Assembly (NCBI RefSeq): GCF_004010195.1
Contig: NC_057752.1
Coordinates: 4,603,738-4,630,678 of the forward strand
Source of the DNA: Chiloscyllium plagiosum
Lineage: Eukaryota
Direction: 5' to 3'
Length of the DNA: 26,941 bases
Shown here: one piece after another, positions 9,458 through 20,160 of the stretch
How positions within the stretch are numbered: the stretch's first letter is position 1
Layout of the letters: the number at the start of each line of letters is the position of its first letter
The notes under the pieces: model-generated
Told to the model about the DNA's origin: nothing
Seen by the model: the letters and a program-made list of their open reading frames with translations, nothing else
Databases searched by the model: none
Program-made: the position numbers and the translations under genes

Positions 9458-10546
9458 GATTAGGCCCTTCAGCCCCACACACCTGCCTCACCACTCACCA
9501 CCGTGTCCAAGATGGCGGCAGAGTAGGACACCTCAGCCAGAGCTGGTCTGCTCCAGCCGTTTCATTTCCTTTTCTCTTCTGTGTTCTTTTGTTGCTCTCT
9601 TCTTTCTTCTCGGTGACATCCCGAGCTCCCAGCCTCAGCGTAGACTTGGCAAGGCATCCTCTCAGCCCAGCGTGGGAGTCTCTCTCAGCCCGGCCCGGGA
9701 GTCTGTCTTGGCCTGGCATGGGAGTCTTTCTTGGCCCAGCTGGGTGCCAATGTGGACTTGGCCCGAAGGTCTGTTATACTTAAATTTTTGTTTCTCTATT
9801 TTCTCATTTATTCCTACGACATCTGAAGTTGGACTTTTTATGTTTTTATTCTTCTTAGTATGTTTGCCTAAGCACTTGGCCTGAGGATTTGGTACCTGGG
9901 TACCTTGTACCTAAGATGGCGCTGTAAGTGGTGACTGGTAAACATTTCACTGCACTGACAGGAGTCCATGTGACCATAAAGCTCATTCAATATGGCTGAC
10001 TATCTCAACTCGACCTTTCACCTGCTCCTCATATTTCTTCACACCAAAAACCTCTCTCTCGAATACACTTGACAAGGACAGCTCTCCAGGCGATGATGAT
10101 CCCAAATGTTCACAACACTGAAGAAATTTCTTCTCTCAATCCTGCGTGGCCAAACTCTTCATTCTCAAACCCTGACCCTGACCTCTTGACACTCCAGCAT
10201 TTTGGAGTTGGAGGAGGGGGTGTTATGGAGAGCAGCCTCCAGGCCTCAACCCTCTCAAAATCAGTATGAACTTTAGGTTTAATGTATATCACTTCTCATC
10301 TTGCTCGACTCACGGGAATATAGACCTGGCAGACTCAATCAGTCTTCGTAAAACAATCCTCTTGTCCCAGGAACCAGTTGAGTTGATCTTTGTTGCATTC
10401 CTTCCAGAGTAAAGTATGCCTTTGCTTCGACCACAACATGACTCCAGCTGTGAGCTCACCGAAGCCCCTCTATAATTGCAGCAAGTGTTCCTCAACTCAT
10501 ATTCCAAACACCTTTACTATGAAGACCAACGTAACATTGGCCTTGA
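9458..10546 (-). mobile_element. Highly decayed CR1-family LINE 3' region, interrupted at ~9498-9990
   Basis: Tail taggcccttcagccc..cctgcctcaccactca continues as ttcaatatggctga..gaagaaatttctt..gggaatatagacc..ataattgcagcaag. Confidence 0.6.
9498..9990 (+). mobile_element. Putative non-autonomous retroelement (~490 bp)
   Basis: Begins near CCAAGATGGCGGC (9507-9519), has a T-rich body and a second AAGATGGCG (9913-9921), and ends catgtgaccataaagctcattcaa. It interrupts the older CR1. Confidence 0.5.
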
Positions 10547-10773
10547 TGGAATTTGAATTCAGTTTAAGAGTCTAATGATGACCATGAATTCATTGTTGAT
10601 TGTTGGAAAACCCCAATGTTCTTTTGGGAAGGAAACTACCCAATCTGCGCCGACATGTGACTCCAGACCCACAGCAATGTAGCTGACTCTTAACTGCCTG
10701 CTGGGCAATTAGGGATGGGTAATAAATGTTGGCCCAGCCAGGGACACTCATCCTGTGAATGAATTTTAAAAAA
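10547..10773 (+). mobile_element. 5'-truncated tRNA-type SINE (same family as 22114-22441)
   Basis: Shares ggaatttgaat..gggaaggaaact..catgtgactccagacccacagc..ctcttaac..gggcaat..aataaat with the 22114 copy. Confidence 0.85.
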
Positions 10774-11424
10774 GCCCTGTACTTGCGTGTTAACTCTCTA
10801 ATGAAATGCATATGGCTTGGTACAGTAACACCATGCTATATACAGTGGTATACACAGACAGACACACACACACACGTAGAGAGAGACACACAAGAGACAG
10901 AGACACAGACACTCAAACAGCCCCACACAAGCTGCCTGAGCAGTACGGATCAGGAAAAAGCAATCAATCAATCAGTAAACCACTGGGGACGAGGTGAAAA
11001 GGAAACAGGCATTCCTCAAACGCAGGCTGGCAAAGTACTCACCACCAGAACCCCTTACACCGTAGCCATGCCCAAGGATGCCAATCTCCTCAATCCTGGC
11101 CAATGCCTGAGCTTGCTACCCTGTCATGAATGAGCAGCTGCTTAGCTCCAGCTACAGGAGAACTGTGGAGAATCGGTTGCAAATGTAGCATCCCACAGAG
11201 CGCAGAACATGACTGTTGACAAATGGTTCCCACTTCTTATATTTAAAAAAAAAAGAGACAAGGGCTTAATTTAAGAAAGACCCTTTATTCGTCAGTGCGA
11301 ATTTTTTTTTCCCACCTCTTCCCAAGCTGAGTACTGGTAGCAGAGAGAGAGAGAGATCTCTACACTCGAGTGAATGAACTCCCCAGACACTCCTCCCCAA
11401 CAGCCGTCCAAACTATCGAAGAAA

Positions 11425-11635
11425 CGCTGACGCCGAGCCACAGGAGAGATTTTGACTGAAACCTCCATCAAAGAAGAGGTTTCTCTGCGTTTTGGAAGGG
11501 AGAGGGAAGCGGAGAGGTTAAGGGAGAAAGAATGCCAGAACTCAGGGCCCAAGCAGTTAATGGTTCAGCCATCAATGGCAGAATGATGGAAGTCGGGAGG
11601 TTGGGGTACAAGAGACTGGAACTGGAGGAACACAT
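11425..11635 (-). mobile_element. L2-like LINE 3' fragment
   Basis: gagccacagg..gcggagaggttaagggag..gaatgccagaactcagggcccaagcagtt..ctggaactggagga resembles the reverse complement of an L2 ORF2 end. Confidence 0.55.
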
Positions 11636-11682
11636 ACACCAGCCGGTTGCAGGGCAAGAAGAGATTTTATTTGACTGTTCTT

Positions 11683-12535
11683 TGGCAGTTGCTGGATGGG
11701 TCAGCATTTCGTATCCAACTCTAATGCCCCCTAAGGTGGTGAGCTGCCTTCTTGAACCACTGCGCTCCTTAGGTTGTAGGGGGACCCACAACACTGAAGG
11801 AGGCAAGGCCAGGATTTTCACCCAGTAACAGCGATATATTTCCACAGGGAGTGGGTTGGAGGGGAAGGTGCAGGGGTGTGGTGTCCCCATGTATCTGCTG
11901 CCCTTGGAGGTGGAAGTGGGGTTGGAAGGGATGGTCTAAGGAGTTATTAGATTAGATTAGATTAGATTAGATTAGATTACAGTGTGGAAACAGGCCCTTC
12001 GGCCCAACAAGTCCACACCGATCCGCCGAAGCGAAACCCACCCATACCCCTACAATTACCCCTTATCTAACACTACGGGCAATTTAGCATGGCCAATTCA
12101 CCTGACCTGCACATCTTTGGACTGTGGGAGGAAACCAGAGCACCCGGAGGAAACCCACGCAGACACGGGGAGAACATGCAAACTCCACACAGTCAGTCAC
12201 CTGAGCCGGGAATTGAACCCGGGTCGCTGGCGCTGTGAGGCAGCAGTGCTAACCACTGTGCCACCGTGCCGCCCACCATCGTTATGTTGCGATGCTATAG
12301 TGCACCTTGTAGGTGGTAGATGACAGTGCGGTAGGAGATGCTGGATGGCACACCAATCCAGCAGACTGCTTTGGCCGGGATGGTGTCAAGTCGCTCGAGT
12401 CTTGTTGGAAGCAAGTGGAGGATATTCCAGCACACTCCTGACTTGTGCCTTGTAGATGATGGACAGGCTTTGAGGAGTCAGGAGGGGAGCAACTCACTGC
12501 AGGATTCCCAGCCTCTGACCTGCTCCTGTAGCCAC
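11683..12535 (-). mobile_element. CR1-clade LINE 3' region interrupted by an HE1 SINE
   Basis: The minus strand encodes LSIIYKAQVRSVLEYP (~12425-12470). The 3' part ggtggtgagctgccttcttgaacc..ccaggatttt is the reverse complement of 7905-8258. Confidence 0.8.
11946..12274 (-). mobile_element. Full-length HE1-type V-SINE with (TCTAA)n tail
   Basis: Minus strand reads GGGCGGCACGGTGGCACAGTGG (box A), GGTTCAATTCC (box B), V-domain, CR1-like tail and about six TCTAA repeats. Confidence 0.96.
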
Positions 12536-12830
12536 GACGGCTCAGTGGTTAGCACTGCTGCCTCACAGCACCAGGGACCCAGGTTCGATTCCACCCTTGG
12601 GCGATGGTCCGTGTGGAGTTTGCACATTCTCCCCGTGTCAGCGTGGGTTCACTCTGGTTTCGTCCCACGGTCCAAAGATGTGCAGGTTAGAATGGATTGG
12701 CCATGGGAAATTGCACAGTGTGGTGGGTTAGCCATAGGAAAAGTGGAGTTAAGGGCATAGGGTAGGGGGGCTGGCTTTGGGTGGGATGCTCAGAGGGTTG
12801 GTACGGACTCGAATGGCCTCGTTCCACACG
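12533..12830 (+). mobile_element. Older HE1-type V-SINE
   Basis: ggctcagtggttagcactgctgcctcacagc, box B ggttcgattcc, V-domain and a decayed tail. Confidence 0.9.
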
Positions 12831-13736
12831 GTTGGGGTTTGGTTTTGAATGGCAGAGCTGGGCTGAATGGCCTGCTCCTATTTTTCGGTGTGTCCATGAT
12901 TGGTGGTGTGGCGTGGCAGGCAGCGCACAGTGGATTAGCAGGCCATAGACTTCAACCTGTTGATCAGAAGGGGCCGCGACCAACTCTAGCATTCGGAGCT
13001 CATTTTCCAGCACTGACTGAATTGGGAAGAGGTAAAAGAGTGAGTGAGTTACCACACACTGTCGGGAAAGGGGCTAGTGACAGCAGGTTATTGTTACCTG
13101 TGACAAACAAACAGACATCCTGTCAGCGTCCTTCCGCCTGACGGTCAAAAATCAACTGGATCACTTGGCAGTCTGAACTCTGATCCTTGACCCCTCCACC
13201 CCACAAGCCAGTTCCCAGCAACCACTGCAGGTCAATGGAGTCGCTGCCAACAGGAAGGAGCTTGGGACAGATTTGTGCAGAGCCATTCCCCATCCGTCAC
13301 CCTTCCGATCGGGGGAAGAGAAAGAAATGGACAGCAGAGAGGTTTCTGAGCAAGTTGTGGAGGTTGAAGCCTCTTGTTTCAATGTCAAACGGAAAATTTA
13401 CGTCAGAGGCCGTTAATATTTCATTTTGTTTCCTTCCCAACATCACAAACGAGGTCCATTTCACAAATCTGCACCCCCAAAGGAGAAATCGCAAGGTGGC
13501 TTAATGTCGACAGCATTGACTTGCACTTGGAAATGATGCAGCCTCGTGTGGCGTGTCAGCCAATGAGAGGGAGCGTCGGCCAGCTATTTGCTTTGCAGAG
13601 GCATCACGACAGTGAACGATCTGTCTTCGCTCCCCTCGTGCCCCCTCACATGGCCGGTGCCCATCTCCTCGCCATCAGCAGTGGGTGCCCTGGCTCCAGG
13701 GAGGCTGACAGGTTTGAATGCTATGCCAGAACACCT

Positions 13737-13836
13737 ATAGAATCTTACAGCACGGAAACTCGCCTTTCGTTCCAACTAGTCCATGGTGACCAGGTTTCCC
13801 AAACCAAACTAGCCCTGCCTGTCTGCGGTTGGCACA
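13737..13836 (-). mobile_element. CR1 3' tail fragment
   Basis: atagaatcttacagcacggaaac..tccaactagtccatg..ccaaactagccc is the reverse complement of the CR1 tails elsewhere in the window. Confidence 0.7.
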
Positions 13837-13995
13837 AATCCCCAAACTGTTAACCTGTAACGTCAACACCGAATCATAGAGCCTTCAGAACAACCGGTCA
13901 ATGCCAACCAGGTAAAAACAACACACACACTGACACAGACACACACAAGACAGACAAAGTTACACACTTACACACTCTTATACACACAGAAACCT

Positions 13996-14224
13996 CAGTG
14001 TTGGACTGAGGGAGGTGTCATCTTTGGATGAAATGTTCAAACTGATGTCTGATCCCATGACACTGTCGCTAAGAGAGAAGGGAGTTCTCCTCACTCTTCC
14101 AGATTTATCCTTCAATCATAAGCACTCCAACAGATTCGCACAAAAACACCCTCATTGTGGGAGCAGGCAGTGTGCAAATTGGCTGTATATTGCTCACATT
14201 ATCAGAGTAACCTCACTTCAAAAA
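13996..14224 (+). mobile_element. DeuSINE (SacSINE1/AmnSINE1-like) central Deu-domain fragment
   Basis: Ordered motifs ggaggtgtcatctttggatgaaatgtt, gatcccatgacact, gggagttctcc, atttatccttcaa, tgtgggagc..tgtgcaaattggctg, cacttcaaaa match the recalled Deu-domain consensus. Confidence 0.75.
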
Positions 14225-14877
14225 TCCTCAATGAGTTAGCATTTGGTGGGGGGGGCTCGACCTTCTCGGAGAAAGGAGAAAACAAAAGTTGAATTCGAAG
14301 TTTGCAATCTGAGAGGTCAAACTGAATCCATCGGATAAATACTGCCGCGACAGACAGCAGGGAAACAGCAGCGCAAATTGCCAAGAGGAAATGCTGACTT
14401 TCTGCTTTGCAAGGCAGTGGGATTCCTACAGGATCGGTTTGGGACAAACTCCAGAAACTGCTTTCTCTCACTCGAATGAAATGTTGCGTGAGAGTGCAGC
14501 TGTTTCATGGAAACCTTGCACCACAGGATCACATGCAGTCTGCAGTACAGAAAGAGGCCAGTCAGCTCACACACACACACTCCACCTCGCAGTCACTTCA
14601 ACCTTCAGCTCCAGTGTGGGCAGACAAATTGACAAGGACTCAGAAACCAAGCAGCTACACCACCCCCCCCGTCTCCTGACACCCATTGTCAGCTCTCGGT
14701 GGCAAATTCAGCCCCACTATTCCCAGAGTGACAATGGAACTTTCCTTGCTTTTGACACACCAGGTTTTTTTTATGATCCAGCTAGGAACACACTCGCTCA
14801 AGGGAATACCTGTATTCAGTCATAACTTTCAAGAGGAAATCGGATAGCTACCTCAAACAGAGAGAATCACTGAGCAA

Positions 14878-14985
14878 CGGGGAGACAGAGTGCGGGAGTG
14901 GGACCAATGGCACAGCTGTGTTAACAGGAGAGCCAGAAGGGACGATGGGCTGAATGTCCCCCTCTCCTTCTGGAAGATTCCATAT
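14878..14985 (+). mobile_element. Old CR1 3' tail fragment
   Basis: gcgggagtgggac..gagccag..acgatgggctgaatg..ctcctt, similar to 17510-17606. Confidence 0.55.
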
Positions 14986-15869
14986 TTGACCCTGCATCAG
15001 GGCTACTGTGACCCTTCCCAGCTGAAGCCAGTTCTTCAACGTTTAAGCAGTTTTTAAGAATCGCGAGAATGGTGGTGTGGGATCTGAAGGGGGGGTTGGG
15101 AAAGAGAAATTTATGCCCAGGCTCCTGCCTGGCAGTTACTACTTTGTGAAACGTAAGCAAGAGAGAAAGGGGTGGTGAGCCTGTGATGCACACAAGCACA
15201 CTGTCTGGGTGGACACAGGCCAGGAGGTACTGGAAGGCACAAGGCAGCATCAGGAAAGGAGACACAAATTAAAACAAGTGAGTGAAGGGCAGTGTGCTCC
15301 GAGACACACCGAGCTGGTTAGACGTGAACTATGAACCCTCTGATGTCACCTCTTTCCAGCAAGTCTCTGTCTTATGTTACAGCATCTGTAGCTGCTTCCT
15401 CTGTCTTTCACTGTCCCTTCCGATAAAAGATTTTGCGACAAGGTAAGAAAGTCTGGTTTCAAAAGGAAATCAAAGACAATCATATCCTGGCAGGGCTGTG
15501 CCTCCCTCACTATCTCCAATGCTCCTGTTCAAGGCTCCAGACAGCAGGGATCCTATGTCCTTTGGATCAATCCCAAGCAGATTTGTTACACGGGTCAGCC
15601 AATCGAGTTTCTCAACACGTCCGCGAGAGTTATGCGTGGGTGCCACTGTTTGGCATTGAAGCCAAGGCTGGAGGTGAGGGAGCAGTTACAAAAGACCCAC
15701 AGTAAGGCAGCAGGGAGTATGGCGCAAGGCTTCAGTTCAAATCCCATCAAGGCAAGTCAATCAGTTTGTTTCCTGGCACCAGAGAAACTGAGCTGCCCAA
15801 TTACTGTCAATAACCTAACCGAAAAGTATCATAAAAAGGATAATTATCCCAACAGACATTCTCACTGTC

Positions 15870-16210
15870 AAGGGTACGGATAGGGTTCATGGTCGGGGTC
15901 TTTTCCCTAGGATGGGGGATTTCAAGACTAGGGGGCACATTGTTAAAAGGTGAGAGGAGAGAGATTTTTAAAAAGATATGAGGGGCAACTTTTTGTACAC
16001 AAAAAAAAAAGGGTGGTTTGTGTGTGGAATGAACTTCCAGAGGAAGTGGTGGATGTGGGTACAGTTACAATGTTTAAAAGACATCTGGATAAGGACATGA
16101 ACAGGAAAGGTTTGGAGAGATATGGGCCAGGAGCAGGCAGGTGGGACTAGGCTAGTTTGGGATTATGTCTGGTTGGGCTGAAGGGGCGGTTTCCATGCTG
16201 TATGGCTCCA
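15870..16210 (+). mobile_element. CR1 LINE 3' fragment
   Basis: RVVCVWNELPEEVVDVGTVTMFKRHLDKDMNRKGLE plus the 3' UTR. Confidence 0.95.
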
Positions 16211-16832
16211 AGTCAGATCCCATGACTGAAGTCTGGTTTGATAGATCACATTTTGTTGTTAAATTTAATTCAGTGATATTTCACTGAAATACGAGCACAC
16301 AATGCTGCAGATTTGGTTTAACAATAAAATAGAAGCTTCTTACAGAAAATAAATAATGCTGAAACAGAATAAACCAAGCTATTTTCACATAACAATTTGA
16401 AACATTTCAAAACACACATTAAAAATACAGTATTACATCTATCCCAACATCATCTTTAACAGAAGTCAAAGATCTGACTGTTTCTTTCAATCCAAGTTTT
16501 AAGAGATTGATAATCTCTTCTTTGATTATTCGCACAATTTGAGCAGAGACTTTCTCAGCTTCAAAATAAACACTTCTGATCAAACACCTCTGGTCTGGAG
16601 ATTTGGACCAAAACCTTCACTATGAGGTAACCTATTCGTTAACTACCTTGAACTAACTCCTTCCTCGGAGGAGAAACGGTTTCTTATATCTAACTTCCAC
16701 CAGGATTTCTACAAACTGCAAACCAAAACTGAAAGCAAGCTAATAGTTTTCAAATGTTTGCTCTGTCCAATCATAAAGCACTCAAATGCAAACAAATATT
16801 TGCATCACATTATGGCACCATAAGTAGTGACA
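16211..16832. mobile_element. AT-rich block, possibly a solo LTR or other interspersed repeat
   Basis: Sharp compositional change to AT-rich between two CR1s; ends ..gtgaca. Only a loose recollection of a shark LTR-like repeat supports this, and no TSD was verified. Confidence 0.3.
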
Positions 16833-16914
16833 AGTTAATCATTAAATCCCCCATGCTACTAGTTCACAAAGTCCGAGGAACTTCAGCTAAGTTAGATTGG
16901 AAAACAAGATTGAT

Positions 16915-17260
16915 AGAAGTCAGAGATGTACAGCACAGAAACAGACCCTTCAGTCCAACTCATCCATGCCAACGAGAGATCCTAAATTAATCTAGCCCCA
17001 TTTGCCAGCACTTTGCCCATATCCCTCTAAACCTTTTCTATTCATGTACCCATCCAGCTGCCTTTTAAATGTTGTAATTATACCAGCCTCCACCACTCCC
17101 TCTGGCAGCTCATTCCATACACGCGCCACCCTGTGTGTGAAAACGTAGCCCCTCAGGTCCCTTTTATTTCGTTCCCCTCTCACCTTAAACCTATGCCCCC
17201 TAGTTCTGGACTCCCGCACCCTGGGGAAATGGACCCCTATCCGTGCCCCTCCTGGTTTTA
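16915..17260 (-). mobile_element. CR1 LINE 3' fragment
   Basis: Minus frame SRTRGHRFKVRGERNKRDLRGYVFTHRVARVWNELPEGVVEAG plus tail. Confidence 0.95.
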
Positions 17261-17274
17261 GGAAAAAGGTGCTG

Positions 17275-17606
17275 AAAAATCATGACGAAACCTAACAGTG
17301 TAGATTGGAGAAGTCGCTCTCATTGGTGGAAGGGTCGGAAATGAAAGGACACAGATCCAGGGAAGAAAAGCTAAGGCACCGTGCGGATGAATTGTTTTCC
17401 GCACGGAGTGGTTCACATCTGGAACGCCATGGAGACAGACACAATCAGGGTCTTCCAAAGAAAACTGCAGCATCATTTGGAAATGAAGCATTTGCAGGAC
17501 AAGTAGGGAAAGGCAGGGGAGTGGGGGGGAAAATGGGTGACTACCCTTGCAGAGAGTTAGCATGGGTGCAATAGACCGAATGGCCTCCTGCAACGCCCCC
17601 ATTCTA
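17275..17606 (+). mobile_element. Old CR1 LINE 3' fragment
   Basis: ggaagggtcg..ggacacagat..gagtggtt..atctggaacgc..ttgcagg..gagagttagcatgggtgcaatagaccgaatggcctcct. Confidence 0.7.
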
Positions 17607-18781
17607 GTTCACAATTCTCCCATTTCCTCTGCCCTATCTGGTCTGTGCCAACACACAGTGCCAGTCTCATACAATGGGCCTCATTATTAGTCAGTTCAAC
17701 TGAGGCTGGTTAGGATAGTGCTGGTTGCCAACATCCCAAGAACAAATCGTTTAACAGCCCTGCCTCTGAGTAACATACATCTAGGAAAGGGTAAATCTGT
17801 CAAAACAGACAGAGCAGCAGAAGAGGATTTATTACAGTCTTGGCAGGAGAATGGTGTGGAGACGCTGAGCATGGGATAAATTCCCTGCTCCTCCACCATA
17901 ATTACACCAGATTTGCTAGAGTTAGCTTCCAGCAGCTGTTTTCATTCAGCGACAGTCACGTTGGGAGTTTTTCACCTCATTTCAAACTTTCCATTGCTAC
18001 AGGAGGGAAAGGTAGAACAGCAGACTCTGCCAGCATATCTTCACAACAGATTCAGGTCCTGCCCACGGATGGGCACTTGAACAAAGCACAGAGTTGCGAC
18101 AGTGCTCGCCCCAGTTCTAGTCACTGGCATAAATCTTCTACCTTTGCCCCATATCCTTGCACACCATTTCTATCCATGCCACCTTAAGTGCCCACCTGGC
18201 TGTGTTGGTACACAAAGTTGCCAAGTCTCTTTGAACATGCTCTGGAGATTTAAACACATGATGTACCACGTCCAATCATGCCAGCCTCTTTCTCTCACTA
18301 CTTTAACACTGCAAAGCAAATTCACAAAAGCACACGAAAAATATATTTCAATAAAACAGTCACACCCTCATGAATATTTGGGGCAGTGCCTACCCAGGAT
18401 ACAGATCTTTAATTCCTGGTGAGATGGAACCCTCTAATCACACTGTGCCTCTGCCAACTATGCCAGTTATCATCCAAGGCCAATGCCCACACTGAACTGA
18501 GCAATCCCGCCTAGGTTGGCACCCACTTTGGTGCCAAGGAGCTGCTACCACTGCCTCAGGGAATGACAAGACCTGGCTGAAGAGATGGATCTTGTTCAGC
18601 AGGGCTCGAGGGCCGGTTGCCATGGACTCTTGAGGAACTAAAGACGGTTGATAGGATACAGTTTCCAGCAACTCTGGCCAGAAAGAAAAACTGGCCATTT
18701 ACGAAGCTTACTTTTCCAATTTATTTTGTGTCCTGTTCTTTATTGTACGCTCATGGCTTATCTTCTCCATGTTACAAGGGC

Positions 18782-18960
18782 ATTGGAGATGGCAGCAAGA
18801 GATGGGCGAGGTGGGCTGTTTGATTGGCAGTCAGGAATCATCCAATCGGGTAACAGAGTAAGCCCTTGTTCGAATTGGCTGAGGGAAGGAGCGACAGGAA
18901 CATGATGGGTGGCCAATGAGATTAGCCAGGGCCTGGCATAGGTCAGAGGTCATTAGGTAG
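18782..18960. promoter_or_regulatory. Candidate cis-regulatory module: five CCAAT boxes plus a perfect DR1 nuclear-receptor element
   Basis: ATTGG at 18782, 18823 and 18874; CCAAT at 18842 and 18913; AGGTCAgAGGTCA at 18940-18952. Confidence 0.45.
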
Positions 18961-18984
18961 CATCTCCAGGAACAAGCGGTCCTG

Positions 18985-19079
18985 TGGCATAATGGCAGTG
19001 TGCCTACCTCTGAGCCTGGAGGCCTGGCTTGGTCCCACCTGCTTGACAATGACATCTCTGAACACACGAATTATCAAAA
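18985..19079 (+). mobile_element. Short tRNA-head SINE, decayed
   Basis: Aligns by eye with 21628-21728 (cctacctctgagcctggaggc..gtcccacctgc..catctctgaac). Confidence 0.6.
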
Positions 19080-19703
19080 GTACTGACATACCTCCAGGAA
19101 AAATGCCCAACCTGGGATGGCAACCCAACTTGAAGGCAGCTACTCCAATTCATCAAGTTATCGGTATGGCACAGGAGGAGGCCATTTGGCCTATTCAATT
19201 CCTGCTAGAGGCAGCTACATGTTTTTGTTTAGTGACCTGAACAGGCCATTGAAATCTTTTTCTTTTCTCTTCCAAATTGCTCAAAAAAGGTACAACACTG
19301 ACCTAAACCACCCGGGCAAGAAATTTAACTTTCCGCAATCTTGCTGGGAGGACGGTTCTGGAGCACAAAGGCCTCGAACGTGGATCGGAGCTTCTCAAGA
19401 CGAGCCACTTGGCAGTGGGGAACCCAAAAATGACACTTTCGCCCATCGAGGGACACATCAAGTGAGAAGCCAGGCACGTGCTCCCAGAGAGGCCCTCCTT
19501 ATATTCAGGAGCAAAAACAGGCAATGGTGGAGAAACCGGAGACACTGACAGATGCCTGACAAAGCACACGCAGCTTGCTCGCATTCCTGCAGCTTAAAGA
19601 CGACCCAAAATCGATAAATAAAAGCTCCTTTCTGAGATCATGCCGCACTGCGAGAGAAGCAGAGAGCCAACTGCCTTCTGCTTGCTCACCCAATACCAGC
19701 TGC

Positions 19704-19881
19704 CAAGATGTTGCCAGGGTTGGAGCTATCGGGAGAGGCTGAATAGGCTGGGGCTGTTTTCCCTGGAGCGTCGGAGGCTGAGGGGTGACCTTAGAGGTTT
19801 TATAAGATCATGAGGGGCATGGATAGGGTAAATAGGCAAAGTCTTTAGTTCTGGACTCTCCCAGCCCAGGGAAGAGGGCAT
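19704..19881 (+). mobile_element. CR1 internal fragment containing a 28-bp micro-inversion
   Basis: Near-identical to 4950-5130 and 23905-24045 except that 19846-19873 is reverse-complemented. Confidence 0.92.
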
Positions 19882-20081
19882 CTTTTTTGCCCACCGAGAA
19901 CACAAGCAGAAGCTTTTGAAAAGCAAACCAATCAAAATGCTCCAAAATAGATACCAAAACATGTGCAAACAGCACAGGGACATCAAAAACCAACCAGCTG
20001 TGGATGTCAAGCTGCAACAGAGCTCCTTGGCAAATGGGTGGACATGAAAGCGGAGGCTCAGCTCTTCAAAGCACCAGCAAA

Positions 20082-20160
20082 CACAACTTGCATTTATATA
20101 GCCACTTTAATGTGGTAAACATCTCAAGGCATTAGCAAACCACATTTTGACATCAGTGCT
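20082..20160 (-). mobile_element. L2/DeuSINE-type 3' tail fragment
   Basis: acaacttgcatttatatagc..tttaatgtggtaaacatctcaaggc is the reverse complement of an L2-type tail (..gctatataaatgcaagttgt). Confidence 0.65.

Noticed and set aside
12225..12274. tRNA-like A/B boxes (also at 6380, 12533, 21628, 22114)
   Set aside because: These are SINE heads continuous with SINE bodies, not tRNA genes.
17379..17406. 9-bp perfect inverted repeat ccgtgcgga/tccgcacgg
   Set aside because: Short and inside a decayed CR1; no evidence of function.
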